From NCBI GenBank assembly GCA_965215105.1, contig OZ244051.1, forward strand, positions 3,074,896 through 3,138,895: a stretch of DNA of 64,000 nt, given 5' to 3'. Of this stretch, positions 37,236 to 47,229 are shown in pieces. Under the pieces are notes generated by a model. The model ran no database searches and had not been told where the DNA came from. It worked only from the letters and a program-made list of their open reading frames with translations. The stretch's first letter is position 1. Each line of letters starts with the position of its first letter. Source of the DNA: Vicinamibacterales bacterium (lineage in GTDB: Bacteria; Acidobacteriota; Vicinamibacteria; Vicinamibacterales; UBA8438). Position numbers and translations under genes: made by a program.

Positions 37236-39317
37236 ATGACGATTCCCGGTACCATCCTCGCAGGACCCCGTCGGCGGCTCGGCGTTTGCATGCTGCTCGC
37301 GCTGTTCCTCACGGCGGCTGGCGCTTCCGGCCAGGACGACGGCCGGCGCCACCTGGCCCTCGACGACTACCTCTCTTGGGAGACGGTCGGCAATCCCCGC
37401 ATCTCGCCCGACGGCGAGACCGTCGTCTACGAGCGGCGCTTCGTCGACCCGGTGGCCGACGGCGTCCGCAGCGAGCTGTGGGTCATCGGCGCCGACGGCT
37501 CGCGGAACCGGTTCCTCACCGAGGGCGCCGGTCCCCGGTGGTCGCCGGACGGCACCCGCGTCGCCTTCACGCGGTCGGGCGAGCCGCGGGGGTCGCAGAT
37601 CTTCGTCCGGTGGATGGACGCCGAGGGTGCCGAGAGCCAGATCACGCGGCTCGAGAACCCGCCGTCCCAGATCCGGTGGGCGCCCGACAGCGGCTCGCTC
37701 GCCTTCCGCGCGGTCGTCGCGCCCCCGCCCGACCCGGCCTGGGACATCGACATGCCGAGGGCACCGGAGGGCGCCGACTGGACGGCGCCGCCCCGCATCG
37801 TGACCCGGCTCGGCTACCGCCGCGACGGGTCCGGCTACACCCCGGCCGGCTACCGCCACATCTTCGTGGTCGACGCGGCCGGCGGCACGCCGCGTCAGGT
37901 GACGAGCGGCGACTTCCACCACGACAACCCGCGGTTCACCCCGGACGGCGGCGGCATCGTGTTCTCCGGCCTGCGGGAGCCGGACGCGGAGTACGCCTGG
38001 CGGCAGTCCGAGGTCTACCGGGTCGACTTGGCGACGCGCCAGATCATCGCCCTGACCAGCCGCGACGGCCCCGACGGCGGCGCCGTCCCCTCCCCCGACG
38101 GCCGCGCCATCGCCTACACCGGCATGGACCACACCACCGACACCTACCGCGAGGAGGGCCTCTACGTGATGGCCGCCGACGGCTCGGGGCCCCGGGTCGT
38201 CGCCACCGAGATGGGACGGCGCCCCGGCATCGTGGGCTGGGCCGGGGACGGCAGCGGCGTCTACCTGAACGCGCAGCTCCGGGGGACGAGCAACCTCCAC
38301 TTCGCCTCGGTCGACGGCGAGGTCCGGCAGGTGACGAGCGGCAACCACATGCTCTCGGTGTCGTCGGTCAGCGGCAACGGCGTCGCGGTCGGCGTCGTGT
38401 CCAGCTACCACGTGCCGGGCGACCTCGTGGCCTTCGACGTCGACGATCCGGCGTCGATCCGCACCCTGCACCGCACCAACGCCGGGCTCCTCGCCGACGT
38501 GCGCCTGGGCGACGTCGAGGAGATCTGGTATCAGTCGCCGGACGGGCTCGACATCCAGGGATGGATCGTCAAGCCGCCGGACTTCGACCCGGCGAGAGAG
38601 TACCCGCTCATCCTCCGCATCCACGGCGGCCCCCACGCGATGTACAACGCCGGGTTCGACTTCAAGAACCAGGACCACGCGGCGAACGGCTACGTGGTGC
38701 TGTACACGAACCCGCGCGGCAGCAGCGGCTACGGCAGCGCGTTCGGCAACGCCATCAAGAACGCCTACCCGGGGGAGGACTACGACGACCTGATGGCGGG
38801 GGTGGACGAGGTCATCTCGCGCGGCTACGTCGACGAGCGCAACCTGTTCGTGTACGGCGGCAGCGGCGGGGGCGTGCTGACGTCGTGGATCGTCGGCCGC
38901 ACCGGGCGGTTCACGGCCGCCGTGGTCAAGGCGCCGGTCACCAACTGGCTGAGCTTCGTCGGCACCACCGACGGGTCGGGCTGGTACCGCAACTTCGAGA
39001 AGCTGCCCTGGGAGGACCCCGAGGAGCACCTGCGGCGGTCCACCCTGATGGTCGTCGGCAACGTCACCACCCCGACCCTGCTGATGACCGGCGAGCGCGA
39101 CCTGCGGACGCCGATGGAGCAGACCGAGCAGTACTACCGGGCCCTCAAGCTGCGCAAGGTGCCGACCGCGATGATCCGGCTGACCGACAGTTGGCACAGC
39201 CGCAGCTCGCCCCCGACCAACTTCCTGCGGGTGCAGCTCTACCTGCGGCTGTGGTTCGAGCGGTTCATGGTGGGCGGCGCGGCGGCCACCGACCAGAACG
39301 ACCAGGAGCTTCAGTGA
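37236..39317 (+). CDS. S9 family serine peptidase (prolyl oligopeptidase/acylaminoacyl-peptidase-like), secreted
   Basis: Signal peptide, SPDG propeller repeats, the nucleophile elbow VYGGSGGG, and a C-terminal D..H context. Confidence 0.8.
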   Translation: MTIPGTILAGPRRRLGVCMLLALFLTAAGASGQDDGRRHLALDDYLSWETVGNPRISPDGETVVYERRFVDPVADGVRSELWVIGADGSRNRFLTEGAGPRWSPDGTRVAFTRSGEPRGSQIFVRWMDAEGAESQITRLENPPSQIRWAPDSGSLAFRAVVAPPPDPAWDIDMPRAPEGADWTAPPRIVTRLGYRRDGSGYTPAGYRHIFVVDAAGGTPRQVTSGDFHHDNPRFTPDGGGIVFSGLREPDAEYAWRQSEVYRVDLATRQIIALTSRDGPDGGAVPSPDGRAIAYTGMDHTTDTYREEGLYVMAADGSGPRVVATEMGRRPGIVGWAGDGSGVYLNAQLRGTSNLHFASVDGEVRQVTSGNHMLSVSSVSGNGVAVGVVSSYHVPGDLVAFDVDDPASIRTLHRTNAGLLADVRLGDVEEIWYQSPDGLDIQGWIVKPPDFDPAREYPLILRIHGGPHAMYNAGFDFKNQDHAANGYVVLYTNPRGSSGYGSAFGNAIKNAYPGEDYDDLMAGVDEVISRGYVDERNLFVYGGSGGGVLTSWIVGRTGRFTAAVVKAPVTNWLSFVGTTDGSGWYRNFEKLPWEDPEEHLRRSTLMVVGNVTTPTLLMTGERDLRTPMEQTEQYYRALKLRKVPTAMIRLTDSWHSRSSPPTNFLRVQLYLRLWFERFMVGGAAATDQNDQELQ

Positions 39318-41677
39318 TGTCTGTGACCAGGAGATGCACTGGGGCGGCCGCCGCCGCAGTCCTGACGGTGGCCGGCGCCGCGTGGGCGCAGTCGGCGGCC
39401 GAGATCGGACCGCAGGCGGCGTTGAACGCGATGGGCATCGTGGGGTACGCCGACCGGATGAGCGTGGCGCCGGGCGAGACGATCCGGTTCATGGTGAGCA
39501 GCGAGCTGCCCACGTACCGGGCCGAGATCGTCCGGCTGATCCACGGCGACGCGAACCCGAACGGGCCGGGCATCAAGGAGGAGCTGGTCGAGGCGCCGGC
39601 CAACGGCGACTATCCGGGCCGGCGCCAGGAGCTGCCGCTCGGCTCCTACGTGACGGTGCCGGACGCGGCGCCGCTGCGGCTCGGCGGCAGCTTCACGATC
39701 ACCGCCTGGATCGCGCCGACGCGGCCCGGGGTCGTCGGCTGGGTGGGCGAGCCCGGCGCGCAGGGCGTGGTGACGAAGTGGGCGGCGGACCGCGGATACG
39801 GCCTGATGATCGACGAGCAGGGGCGGCTGTCCCTGTGGCTCGGCGCAGCCGACGGCGAGGTGGCGCGGGTGGCGGCCGAGCCGGCCCTGCGGCGCTGGAC
39901 GCCGGCGATCCCGGGGGCCGGCCGGCCGCGGCCGCACGGCGTGCCGACACAGTGGTACTTCGTGGCCGCGACCTTCGACGCCGACACCGGCGGGGTGACG
40001 CTGTACCAGGAGCCGCTCGACCTCTACGCGAACGACCCGACGCGGGTCGTGGTGGAGCGGACGACGCCGGTGCGGGCGCTGGCGACCCCCGACGAGCCGT
40101 TGCGGATGGCGGCTTTCGGGACCGGCGACGGCGACGTGGCCGGGCATTACAACGGCAAGATCGACAACCCGCGCATCTACGCGCGGGCGCTGAGCCCGGC
40201 CGAGGTGGAGGCGGTCGCGGCCGGCGCGGGACCGACCGACGCGGTGGCGGCGTGGGACTTCGCGGCCGACATCGCGACCGACCGGGTGAGGGACACCGGT
40301 GGGAGCGGGCTCGACGGCCGCACCGTGAACCTGCCGACGCGGGCGGTGACGGGCCACCTGTGGGACGCCACCGAGATGGACTACCGGCGCGCGCCCGAGC
40401 AGTACGGGGCGATCCACTTCCACGACGACGACCTCCTGGACGCGGGGTGGGAGGTCGGCTTCGCCTTCGAGGCGCCGGCCGACCTGCCGAGCGGCGTGTA
40501 CGCGGCGCGGCTGCGGACGATAACGAGCGAAGACTACGTGCCGTTCTTCGTCAGGCCGCCGCGCGGCGCCGCCACCGCGAACATCGCGTTCCTGGCCCCG
40601 ACCGTCAGCTACCTCGCCTACGCCGGGACCGGCGGCACCGGCTTCCAGCCGATGAGCCTGTACTCGACGCATACCGACGGCAGCGGGGTCGCCTACTCGT
40701 CGCGGCTCCGCCCCATCACCAACATGCGCCCGAAGATCGACACGCGCAACCCGTGGCAGTTCATGGCCGACACCCACCTCGTCGACTGGCTCGAGGTCAA
40801 GGGCTTCACCGTCGACGTCGTCACCGACCACGACCTGCACGCCGAGGGGGCGGCGCTGCTCGAGCCCTACAACGTCGTGCTGACCGGCACCCACCCGGAG
40901 TACTACTCGTGGGAGATGATGCAGGGGATGCGGTCGTACCTCGAGCAGGGCGGCCGGCTGATGTACATGGGCGGCAACGGCTTCTACTGGGTGACCCCGG
41001 TCGACCCCACCGGGACCTTCATCGAGGTGCGGCGGCGCGACGGCACCGAGCACTGGCAGGGGGCGCCGGGCGAGAGCCACCACAGCCTGACCGGCGAGCC
41101 GGGCGGGCTGTGGCGCTTCCGGGGCCGGGCCCCGCAGTGGCTGGTGGGGGTGGGTTTCACCGCGCAGGGGTTCGACCGGAACTCCCCGTACCAGCGGACG
41201 CCGGACAGCTTCGCCCCCCGGGTCGCCTTCATCTTCGAGGGCATCGGCGACAACGAGCTCATCGGCAACCACCCGTCGCTGGTGCTCGACTTCGGGGCGG
41301 CGGGGTCGGAGCTCGACCGCGTGGACCTCGCCCAGGGTTCGCCGCCCCACACGCTGGTGCTGGCGCGGTCGTTCGGCCACTCCGACGCCTACCAGCACGT
41401 CATCGAGGAGGTGAACACGAGCAACTCCGAGCAGGGGGGCACGGTCAACCCGCTCGTCTACGCCGACATGGCCTACGTGGAGTACCCCAACGGGGGCGCG
41501 GTGTTCTCGACGAGCTCCATCGCGTGGAGCGGCAGCCTGTCGTTCAACGACTACGACAACAACGTCTCGCGGCTGACCGAGAACGTGCTGCGGCGCTTCG
41601 CCTCGGACGAGCCGCTGCCGGGGCCGACGGGGGCGTCCACGGAGGGCGAGGCCGACGCCGCCGGTGGCGGGCGATGA
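39317..41677 (+). CDS. N,N-dimethylformamidase large-subunit-like protein (LamG-like + GATase1-like domains), secreted
   Basis: Signal peptide with TGATG start/stop overlap. FTITAWI and YNGKIDNPRIY are LamG-like. MYMGGNGFYW is also present. The family call is from memory only. Confidence 0.55.
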   Translation: MSVTRRCTGAAAAAVLTVAGAAWAQSAAEIGPQAALNAMGIVGYADRMSVAPGETIRFMVSSELPTYRAEIVRLIHGDANPNGPGIKEELVEAPANGDYPGRRQELPLGSYVTVPDAAPLRLGGSFTITAWIAPTRPGVVGWVGEPGAQGVVTKWAADRGYGLMIDEQGRLSLWLGAADGEVARVAAEPALRRWTPAIPGAGRPRPHGVPTQWYFVAATFDADTGGVTLYQEPLDLYANDPTRVVVERTTPVRALATPDEPLRMAAFGTGDGDVAGHYNGKIDNPRIYARALSPAEVEAVAAGAGPTDAVAAWDFAADIATDRVRDTGGSGLDGRTVNLPTRAVTGHLWDATEMDYRRAPEQYGAIHFHDDDLLDAGWEVGFAFEAPADLPSGVYAARLRTITSEDYVPFFVRPPRGAATANIAFLAPTVSYLAYAGTGGTGFQPMSLYSTHTDGSGVAYSSRLRPITNMRPKIDTRNPWQFMADTHLVDWLEVKGFTVDVVTDHDLHAEGAALLEPYNVVLTGTHPEYYSWEMMQGMRSYLEQGGRLMYMGGNGFYWVTPVDPTGTFIEVRRRDGTEHWQGAPGESHHSLTGEPGGLWRFRGRAPQWLVGVGFTAQGFDRNSPYQRTPDSFAPRVAFIFEGIGDNELIGNHPSLVLDFGAAGSELDRVDLAQGSPPHTLVLARSFGHSDAYQHVIEEVNTSNSEQGGTVNPLVYADMAYVEYPNGGAVFSTSSIAWSGSLSFNDYDNNVSRLTENVLRRFASDEPLPGPTGASTEGEADAAGGGR

Positions 41678-41754
41678 CGCCCGCGCGCGGCTGAAAAGGA
41701 CGCCAGCCTGCCGAACAACCGGCATCGCCGGGGATGACGCCCCACGCGCGCGGC
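41661..41754 (+). repeat. Direct repeat with 60-bp period reiterating the stop-codon region of the upstream gene
   Basis: gatgacgccc...gcgcgcggc occurs at 41673-41691 and again at 41733-41754. Confidence 0.8.
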
Positions 41755-41770
41755 GGGCGAGGCCGAACCG

Positions 41771-43117
41771 ATGTACCAGGTCGAGGCGTGGTCGGCGCTG
41801 CGTAGGGCCCGGCGCGACGCGGGCGGGGGCCCGGGCTGGCGGCACGTCAGCGGCACCGTCTGGGCGCTCGGCTTCACGAGCCTCTTCACGGACGTCTCGT
41901 CCGAGATGGTGGCGACGGTGCTGCCCGTCTACCTGGTGCTCTACCTCGGGTTGACGCCCTTCCAGTTCGGCATCGTCGACGGGCTCTACCACGGGGTGAC
42001 GGCGCTGCTGCGGCTGGCCAGCGGCGTCGCCGTGGACCGGACCGGCCGCTCGAAGGAGATCGCGTTGGCGGGCTACGGCGCCTCGGCGACATCGCGGCTC
42101 GCCATGCTGGCGGCCGGCGCCTCGTGGCCGCTCATCGCCGGCGTCGTGGCGTTCGACCGGGCCGCCAAGGGCGCCCGCGCGGTACCGCGCGACGTGCTCA
42201 TCTCGCTGAGCAGCCGTCGCGACAGCCTCGCCACGGCCTTCGGCGTGCACCGGGCCCTCGACAGCGCCGGCGCCATGCTGGGGCCGCTGGTCGCGCTCGG
42301 CATACTCGGCGCGCTCCCCAACGCCTTCGACGTCGTCTTCGTCGCCAGCTTCAGCGTGGCCGTCGTCGGCCTCGGCGTGCTGCTGCTCTTCGTCGACAAC
42401 GCCGAACGCCCTTCCGCACCGGCCCCGGCGCCCCTCGCCGTTGCGCCCCTCACCGAGGGGCGACCTCACGGCTTGTCGAGTGGACACTCCGCCGGTCCGC
42501 CGGCGCCCTCGGGGCGCGGTGCAACGCGGGCCATCATCACGGGCATCCTGCGCGTCCCCGGCCTGTTGCGCCTCACCGTGGCGGCGACGCTGCTCGCCGC
42601 CGCCACGGTGAGCGACGGCTTTCTCTACCTGCTGCTGCAGCGTGAGGCCGGCTTCAGTCCTGGCCTGTTCCCGCTGCTCTACGTCGGCACGTCGGGCTGC
42701 TATCTGGCGCTCGCGGTGCCGGCCGGCGGGTTGGCGGACCGCATGGGGCGGCGGCGCGCGTTCCTCGCCGGCTACGGGTTGCTCGCCGCCGCCTACCTGA
42801 CTACCATGCAGTCGGGGATCGGCCTTCCGGGAGTCACGGCCTGCCTCCTGCTGCTGGGGGCCCACTACGCGTTGACCGACGGCGTGCTGATGGCGTTCGC
42901 CAGCGGCCGGCTGCCGGCTGAGCGGCGCGGCAGCGGACTGGCGCTGCTCACGACCGCGGCCGGCCTCGCCCGGCTGATGGGCTCGGTCGGGTTCGGCGCG
43001 CTCTGGACGCGATACGGCGCCGGGACGGCAGTGCCCGTGTTCCTGATCGCCCTCGCGGCGGCGGTCGCGGCCGGGGCGGTCCTTCTGCGGGACACGGGCG
43101 GCAAGGGCGAACGATGA
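41771..43117 (+). CDS. MFS transporter
   Basis: Multiple hydrophobic segments. FTDVSSEMVATVLPVYL and DRTGRSK loop motifs are present. Confidence 0.8.
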   Translation: MYQVEAWSALRRARRDAGGGPGWRHVSGTVWALGFTSLFTDVSSEMVATVLPVYLVLYLGLTPFQFGIVDGLYHGVTALLRLASGVAVDRTGRSKEIALAGYGASATSRLAMLAAGASWPLIAGVVAFDRAAKGARAVPRDVLISLSSRRDSLATAFGVHRALDSAGAMLGPLVALGILGALPNAFDVVFVASFSVAVVGLGVLLLFVDNAERPSAPAPAPLAVAPLTEGRPHGLSSGHSAGPPAPSGRGATRAIITGILRVPGLLRLTVAATLLAAATVSDGFLYLLLQREAGFSPGLFPLLYVGTSGCYLALAVPAGGLADRMGRRRAFLAGYGLLAAAYLTTMQSGIGLPGVTACLLLLGAHYALTDGVLMAFASGRLPAERRGSGLALLTTAAGLARLMGSVGFGALWTRYGAGTAVPVFLIALAAAVAAGAVLLRDTGGKGER

Positions 43118-44316
43118 CGGCTCCGACCGACGATCGGCGGAACGGGCACGCGGCCCGCCGGCCGGTCGAGGCACCGGCGAACCGGCGCACGCCGCCCCGC
43201 GTCGTCGCCTTCGCGCTCCTGTGCGCGGCCTCGCTCGCCCTGGCCGTCGGCTACGCCTGGTGGTCGGCGGCACGACAGGCGGAATTCGTCCGGCACGTCT
43301 CCCTGCCGCCGATCGACAGTCTGGCCGAGGTCGATGCGCCGCCCGCAGCGGCACCGTCCGCACCGCCATCGGCAACGCCGAGCGACCGCACGGCGGCGCC
43401 CCCCACGCCCGTCGCCCGGTCGCCGAAAGATCGGTCCGTTCTCCTGCGCCACACGGGGCTCGACGAGAGCTTCGGCGTGGCCAGCGTCGAGCGGCTGGGC
43501 GAGGCCGGCGGGGGACGTCGCGCGACGCCGCTGCGCTGCGACCGGGTCGACTTCGCCGGGGAGCGGGGCGTCTGCCTGACGACCGACCGCTTCTACACGA
43601 CGCACGCGATCATGGTGTTCGACGGCGCGTTCGAACCGCTGCACCGGCTTCCGCTGCACGGCGTCCCCAGCCGCGTCCGCCTCGCGCCCGGCGGCCGGCT
43701 GGCCGCGGTGACGGTGTTCGTCTCCGGCCACTCGTATCTCGACGAGGGCTTCTCGACCGAGACGAGCATCGTCGATACCTACTCCGGCGAGCGGCGGGTC
43801 GCGAACCTCGAAGAGCTCCAGGTGTACCGGGACGGCGCACCGTTCCGCGCGATCGACTTCAACTTCTGGGGCGTCACCTTCGCGGCCGACGGCGACCGGT
43901 TCTACGCCACCCTGGGCACCGCGGGGACGACGTACCTCGTCGAGGGACGCGTCTCGACGCGCCGCGCGGACGTCGTGGTCGAAGGCGTCGAATGCCCGTC
44001 GCTGTCGCCGGACCAGAGCCGCATCGTCTTCAAGAAGCGCCTGCCCCTCGCGGCCGGGCTCGGGTGGCGGCTCCACGTCATGGACCTGCGGTCGCGCGCG
44101 GTCACGCCGCTCGCCGAGCTCCGGTCGGTGGACGATCAGGCCGAGTGGCTGGACGACTCGACGGTCCTGTACGCGATCCCCGACCCCTCCGCACCCACCC
44201 CGATGGTGACCGACGTCTGGCAGGTCGAGGCGGACGGCGGCGGCGCGCCGGAGCTGCTCCTCGAGGGCGCTTCGTCGCCGGCCGTGCTCCGGCAGGCCGT
44301 GCGGCTCGGGCCATAA
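43114..44316 (+). CDS. Membrane-anchored TolB-like beta-propeller protein
   Basis: N-terminal TM segment VVAFALLCAASLALAVGYAWW. PD40-like motif CPSLSPDQSRIVFKK. ATGA overlap with the MFS gene. Confidence 0.6.
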   Translation: MTAPTDDRRNGHAARRPVEAPANRRTPPRVVAFALLCAASLALAVGYAWWSAARQAEFVRHVSLPPIDSLAEVDAPPAAAPSAPPSATPSDRTAAPPTPVARSPKDRSVLLRHTGLDESFGVASVERLGEAGGGRRATPLRCDRVDFAGERGVCLTTDRFYTTHAIMVFDGAFEPLHRLPLHGVPSRVRLAPGGRLAAVTVFVSGHSYLDEGFSTETSIVDTYSGERRVANLEELQVYRDGAPFRAIDFNFWGVTFAADGDRFYATLGTAGTTYLVEGRVSTRRADVVVEGVECPSLSPDQSRIVFKKRLPLAAGLGWRLHVMDLRSRAVTPLAELRSVDDQAEWLDDSTVLYAIPDPSAPTPMVTDVWQVEADGGGAPELLLEGASSPAVLRQAVRLGP

Positions 44317-44322
44317 TGACCC

Positions 44323-44733
44323 ATGGCTGAGAGACCGACCGACATCCCGCGCGGCGCGCGCGCCCCGGGCTACCCCCGCGCCCCCGGACATCGCGTCGCC
44401 TTCGTGCCCCGCCACGTCCGCGTGCGCGTGGCCGCGAGCGGGACCGAGATTGCCGCGACCACCGACGTCGTGGCGCTCGAGGAGAAGGGATACCCGACGC
44501 GCTACTACCTGGCCCGCGACGGCGTCGACATGTCCCGCCTGGAAAAGACGGGCAAGACGACGTTCTGCCCCTTCAAGGGGCTGGCCACCTACTACGTGAT
44601 TCGCGGCCCCGAAGGCGAGACTCGCGACGCCGCGTGGAGCTACGAGCAGCCGTATCGCGAGGCCGAGCTCGTGCGCGACCGCCTCGCGTTCGATGCGGAC
44701 GCGGTGGAAGAGACGGTCGGCTCGACACCGTGA
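44323..44733 (+). CDS. DUF427 domain protein
   Basis: YPTRYYLARDGVDM, CPFKGLATYY and AWSYEQP. Confidence 0.75.
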   Translation: MAERPTDIPRGARAPGYPRAPGHRVAFVPRHVRVRVAASGTEIAATTDVVALEEKGYPTRYYLARDGVDMSRLEKTGKTTFCPFKGLATYYVIRGPEGETRDAAWSYEQPYREAELVRDRLAFDADAVEETVGSTP

Positions 44734-44845
44734 CGGGGGTGGCCGCGGTGGTCGAGGCGCCGTCACGAACGGGCTGAGCGAGAGCGGCGCCACCGACGGA
44801 TCGGGCCGGGCACCGGCCGCGCGCCCCGCGTGAGAGAATCCGTCG

Positions 44846-45559
44846 GTGCGCTTCGCGACGACGCGCTGGAGCCTGGTGCTCGCGGCCGGCGCCGGTTCGT
44901 CCGAACGGGCCGATCGAGCGCTCGCGGAGCTGTGCGCCGACTATTGGCATCCGCTCTACGCCTACGTGCGGCGGCGCGGCTACGACCCCGACGACGCGTG
45001 CGACCTCACCCAGGCCTTCTTCGCGCGACTCATCGAGCAGCGCAGCATCGCGGCCGCGGACCCCGTGCGCGGGCGGTTCCGCAGCTTCCTGCTCACCTCG
45101 ATGAAGAACTTCCTGGCCAGCGAGTGGCGGCGGGAGTCGGCGGTCAAGCGCGGCGGCGGCGCGGACGTCGTGTCCATCGACGCGACCGATGCCGAGAGCC
45201 GCTATCTGGTCGAGCCGGCCGACAACTGTACGCCCGAGGCGGAGTACGACCGGCGCTGGGCGATCGCCTTGATCAGGCGGGCGGTCGACGACGTGCGGCG
45301 CGTCTACGCCGACCGGGGGCAGCTCGAGGTCTTCGACACTCTCAAGACGTACCTGGCCGCCGACGTCGGCGACGTGCCCTACGACGAGCTGTCCCGGCGG
45401 CTCGATCGGAGCGAGGCGGCCCTGCGGACGGCGCTGTCGCGGCTGCGCGCGCGCTGGCGGACGCGGCTGCGCGAGGTCGTCGCGGAGACCCTGCAGGAGC
45501 AGCGCCTGATCGACGACGAGCTCGCCCATCTCGTCCGGGCCCTCGCGCCGCCCCCGTAA
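44846..45559 (+). CDS. ECF-type RNA polymerase sigma factor (kinase-associated type)
   Basis: GTG start. N-terminal TTRWSLVLAA. LCADYWHPLYAYVRRRGY and DLTQAFFARLIE. The sigma4-like region is VPYDELSRRL. Confidence 0.75.
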   Translation: MRFATTRWSLVLAAGAGSSERADRALAELCADYWHPLYAYVRRRGYDPDDACDLTQAFFARLIEQRSIAAADPVRGRFRSFLLTSMKNFLASEWRRESAVKRGGGADVVSIDATDAESRYLVEPADNCTPEAEYDRRWAIALIRRAVDDVRRVYADRGQLEVFDTLKTYLAADVGDVPYDELSRRLDRSEAALRTALSRLRARWRTRLREVVAETLQEQRLIDDELAHLVRALAPPP

Positions 45560-45737
45560 GGAAACCGTGCAGGAGCAGCGCCTGGTCGACGACGAGCCCG
45601 CCCACCTCGTCCGGGCCCTCGCGCCGCCCCGTAACCGTCGACGTGCACCGGCGCCTGTAACGACCTGTGGCGGCGCCGCTTGGCTCGCTCGGTTCGACCG
45701 CCGAACCGGTGACGTGGACCGGCGCCTGTAACGACCC
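45491..45737 (+). repeat. Two successive tandem duplications (76-bp and 71-bp periods) of the sigma gene 3' end and downstream spacer
   Basis: 45491-45559 matches 45567-45634, including the TAA. gtgcaccggcgcctgtaacgacc (45643-45665) matches gtggaccggcgcctgtaacgaccc (45714-45737). Confidence 0.9.
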
Positions 45738-45761
45738 GCGGGGAATCGCGTAGCAATCGAC

Positions 45762-47229
45762 ATGACCGATACCCGAACGTGTCCGGAATGCCACGCCGAG
45801 ATCCCGGCCGACGCGCCGCCGGGGGTCTGCCCCCACTGCGCGTTGCGCGCGGGGCTCCGCCCGGAGACCGCCGCCGAGCCCGCCCGCGTACCGGCCGCGC
45901 CGAGCCCCGAGGAGCTGAGCCGCCGGCTCCCCGACCTCGACGACTTCGAGCTCATCGGCCCCGGCGGCATGGGGACCGTCTACCGGGCGCGGCATCGCCC
46001 CCTCGACCGTCCCGTCGCGGTCAAGGTGCTCCACGCCCACCTGCAGGACGACGCGTCGTTCGCCGAGCGGTTCACCCGCGAGGCGCGGACGATGGCGCGC
46101 CTCGACCATCCCCACATCGTCCGGGTCTACGACTTCGGTCACCGCGAGGGCCTCTACTACCTGGTGATGGAGCTCGTCGACGGGGTGAGCCTGCGGCAGG
46201 CCCTGGCCGACGGCGGGTTCACCCCGGCCGAGGCCCTCGCCGTCGTGCCGCGGATCTGCGAGGCCCTGCAGTACGCGCACGACCAGGGGGTGGTGCACCG
46301 CGACATCAAGCCCGAGAACATCCTGCTCGACCGGTCGGGCTCGCCGAAGATCGTCGACTTCGGCCTGGCCTTGCTGACGAAACCGGCCGCCGGGACCCGC
46401 CTCACCCGGCAGGCCCGCGTGCTCGGCACCCCGCACTACATGGCGCCCGAGCAGATCGAGCGCCCCGCCGAGGTGGACCACCGCGCCGACATCTACGCCC
46501 TCGGCGTCGTCTTCTACGAGATGCTGACCGGCGAGCTGCCCATCGGCCGCTTCCCGCCGCCGTCGCAGAAGGTCGAGGTCGACGTGCGGCTCGACGAGGT
46601 CGTGCTGCGCACCCTCGAGAAGGAGCCGCGCCGGCGCTACCAGCAGGCGCGCGAGCTGAGCCGCGACGTCGAGCAGACGGCGCGCGGAACCGGCGCGCGG
46701 CGTCATCGCGACCGACCCTCGGACCAGGGCTGGACGCCCACCCGCGGGGGGCGGCGGCGCAGCCCGCGGCGGCGTCCCGACTTCGAGTACCGTTCGACGC
46801 GCACCGTCTGGGGCCTGCCACTGATCCACATCGCCCACGACGCCGGCGGCGAACGGATGGCGCTGGCGCGGGGCATCGTCGCGATCGGCGACATGGCGGT
46901 GGGGCTGGTGGCGATCGGCGGGGATGAACGTCGGCGTCATCAGCCTCGGGGGCCTCGCCGCCGGCCTCTTGCTCGCCATCGGCGGCATGGCGTTCGGCGG
47001 GTTCGCGGTGGGCGCCCTCGCGTTCGGCGTGGTGGCCACCGGTGCGAGTGCGGGGTCGATGCTGGACCTGTCCACCCAAACGATGCAGTGGGCGTCGTTG
47101 GCCGCCTGGGCATTGGCCACCGCCGTGGTGACGGCAATCGTGGCGGGACTGATAATCTGGTGGCGGGATGCCGGAGACGGCGAGTCTCCCATGGAGCGCG
47201 ACGACGCCGAGAGGAAACGAGAACGATGA
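45762..47229 (+). CDS. Ser/Thr protein kinase with an N-terminal zinc-ribbon and a Gly/Ala-rich TM C-terminus; apparent +1 frameshift at 46920-46923
   Basis: CPECHAEIP..CPHC, GGMGTVYRA, VAVKVL, HRDIKPENILLD and DFGLA. The TM repeat GIVAIGDMAVGLVAIGG continues as MNVGVISLGGLAAGLLLAIGGMAFGG in the ORF 46924-47229. Confidence 0.75.

Noticed and set aside
45491-45634. The idea that the terminal repeat pairs are DGR template/variable repeats serviced by the RT at 14020-17757.
   Set aside because: Differences between copies are ordinary transitions and indels (a/g and t/c), not adenine-specific. The repeats are far from the RT. The RT has a nitrilase fusion typical of the UG/Abi class, not DGR RTs.
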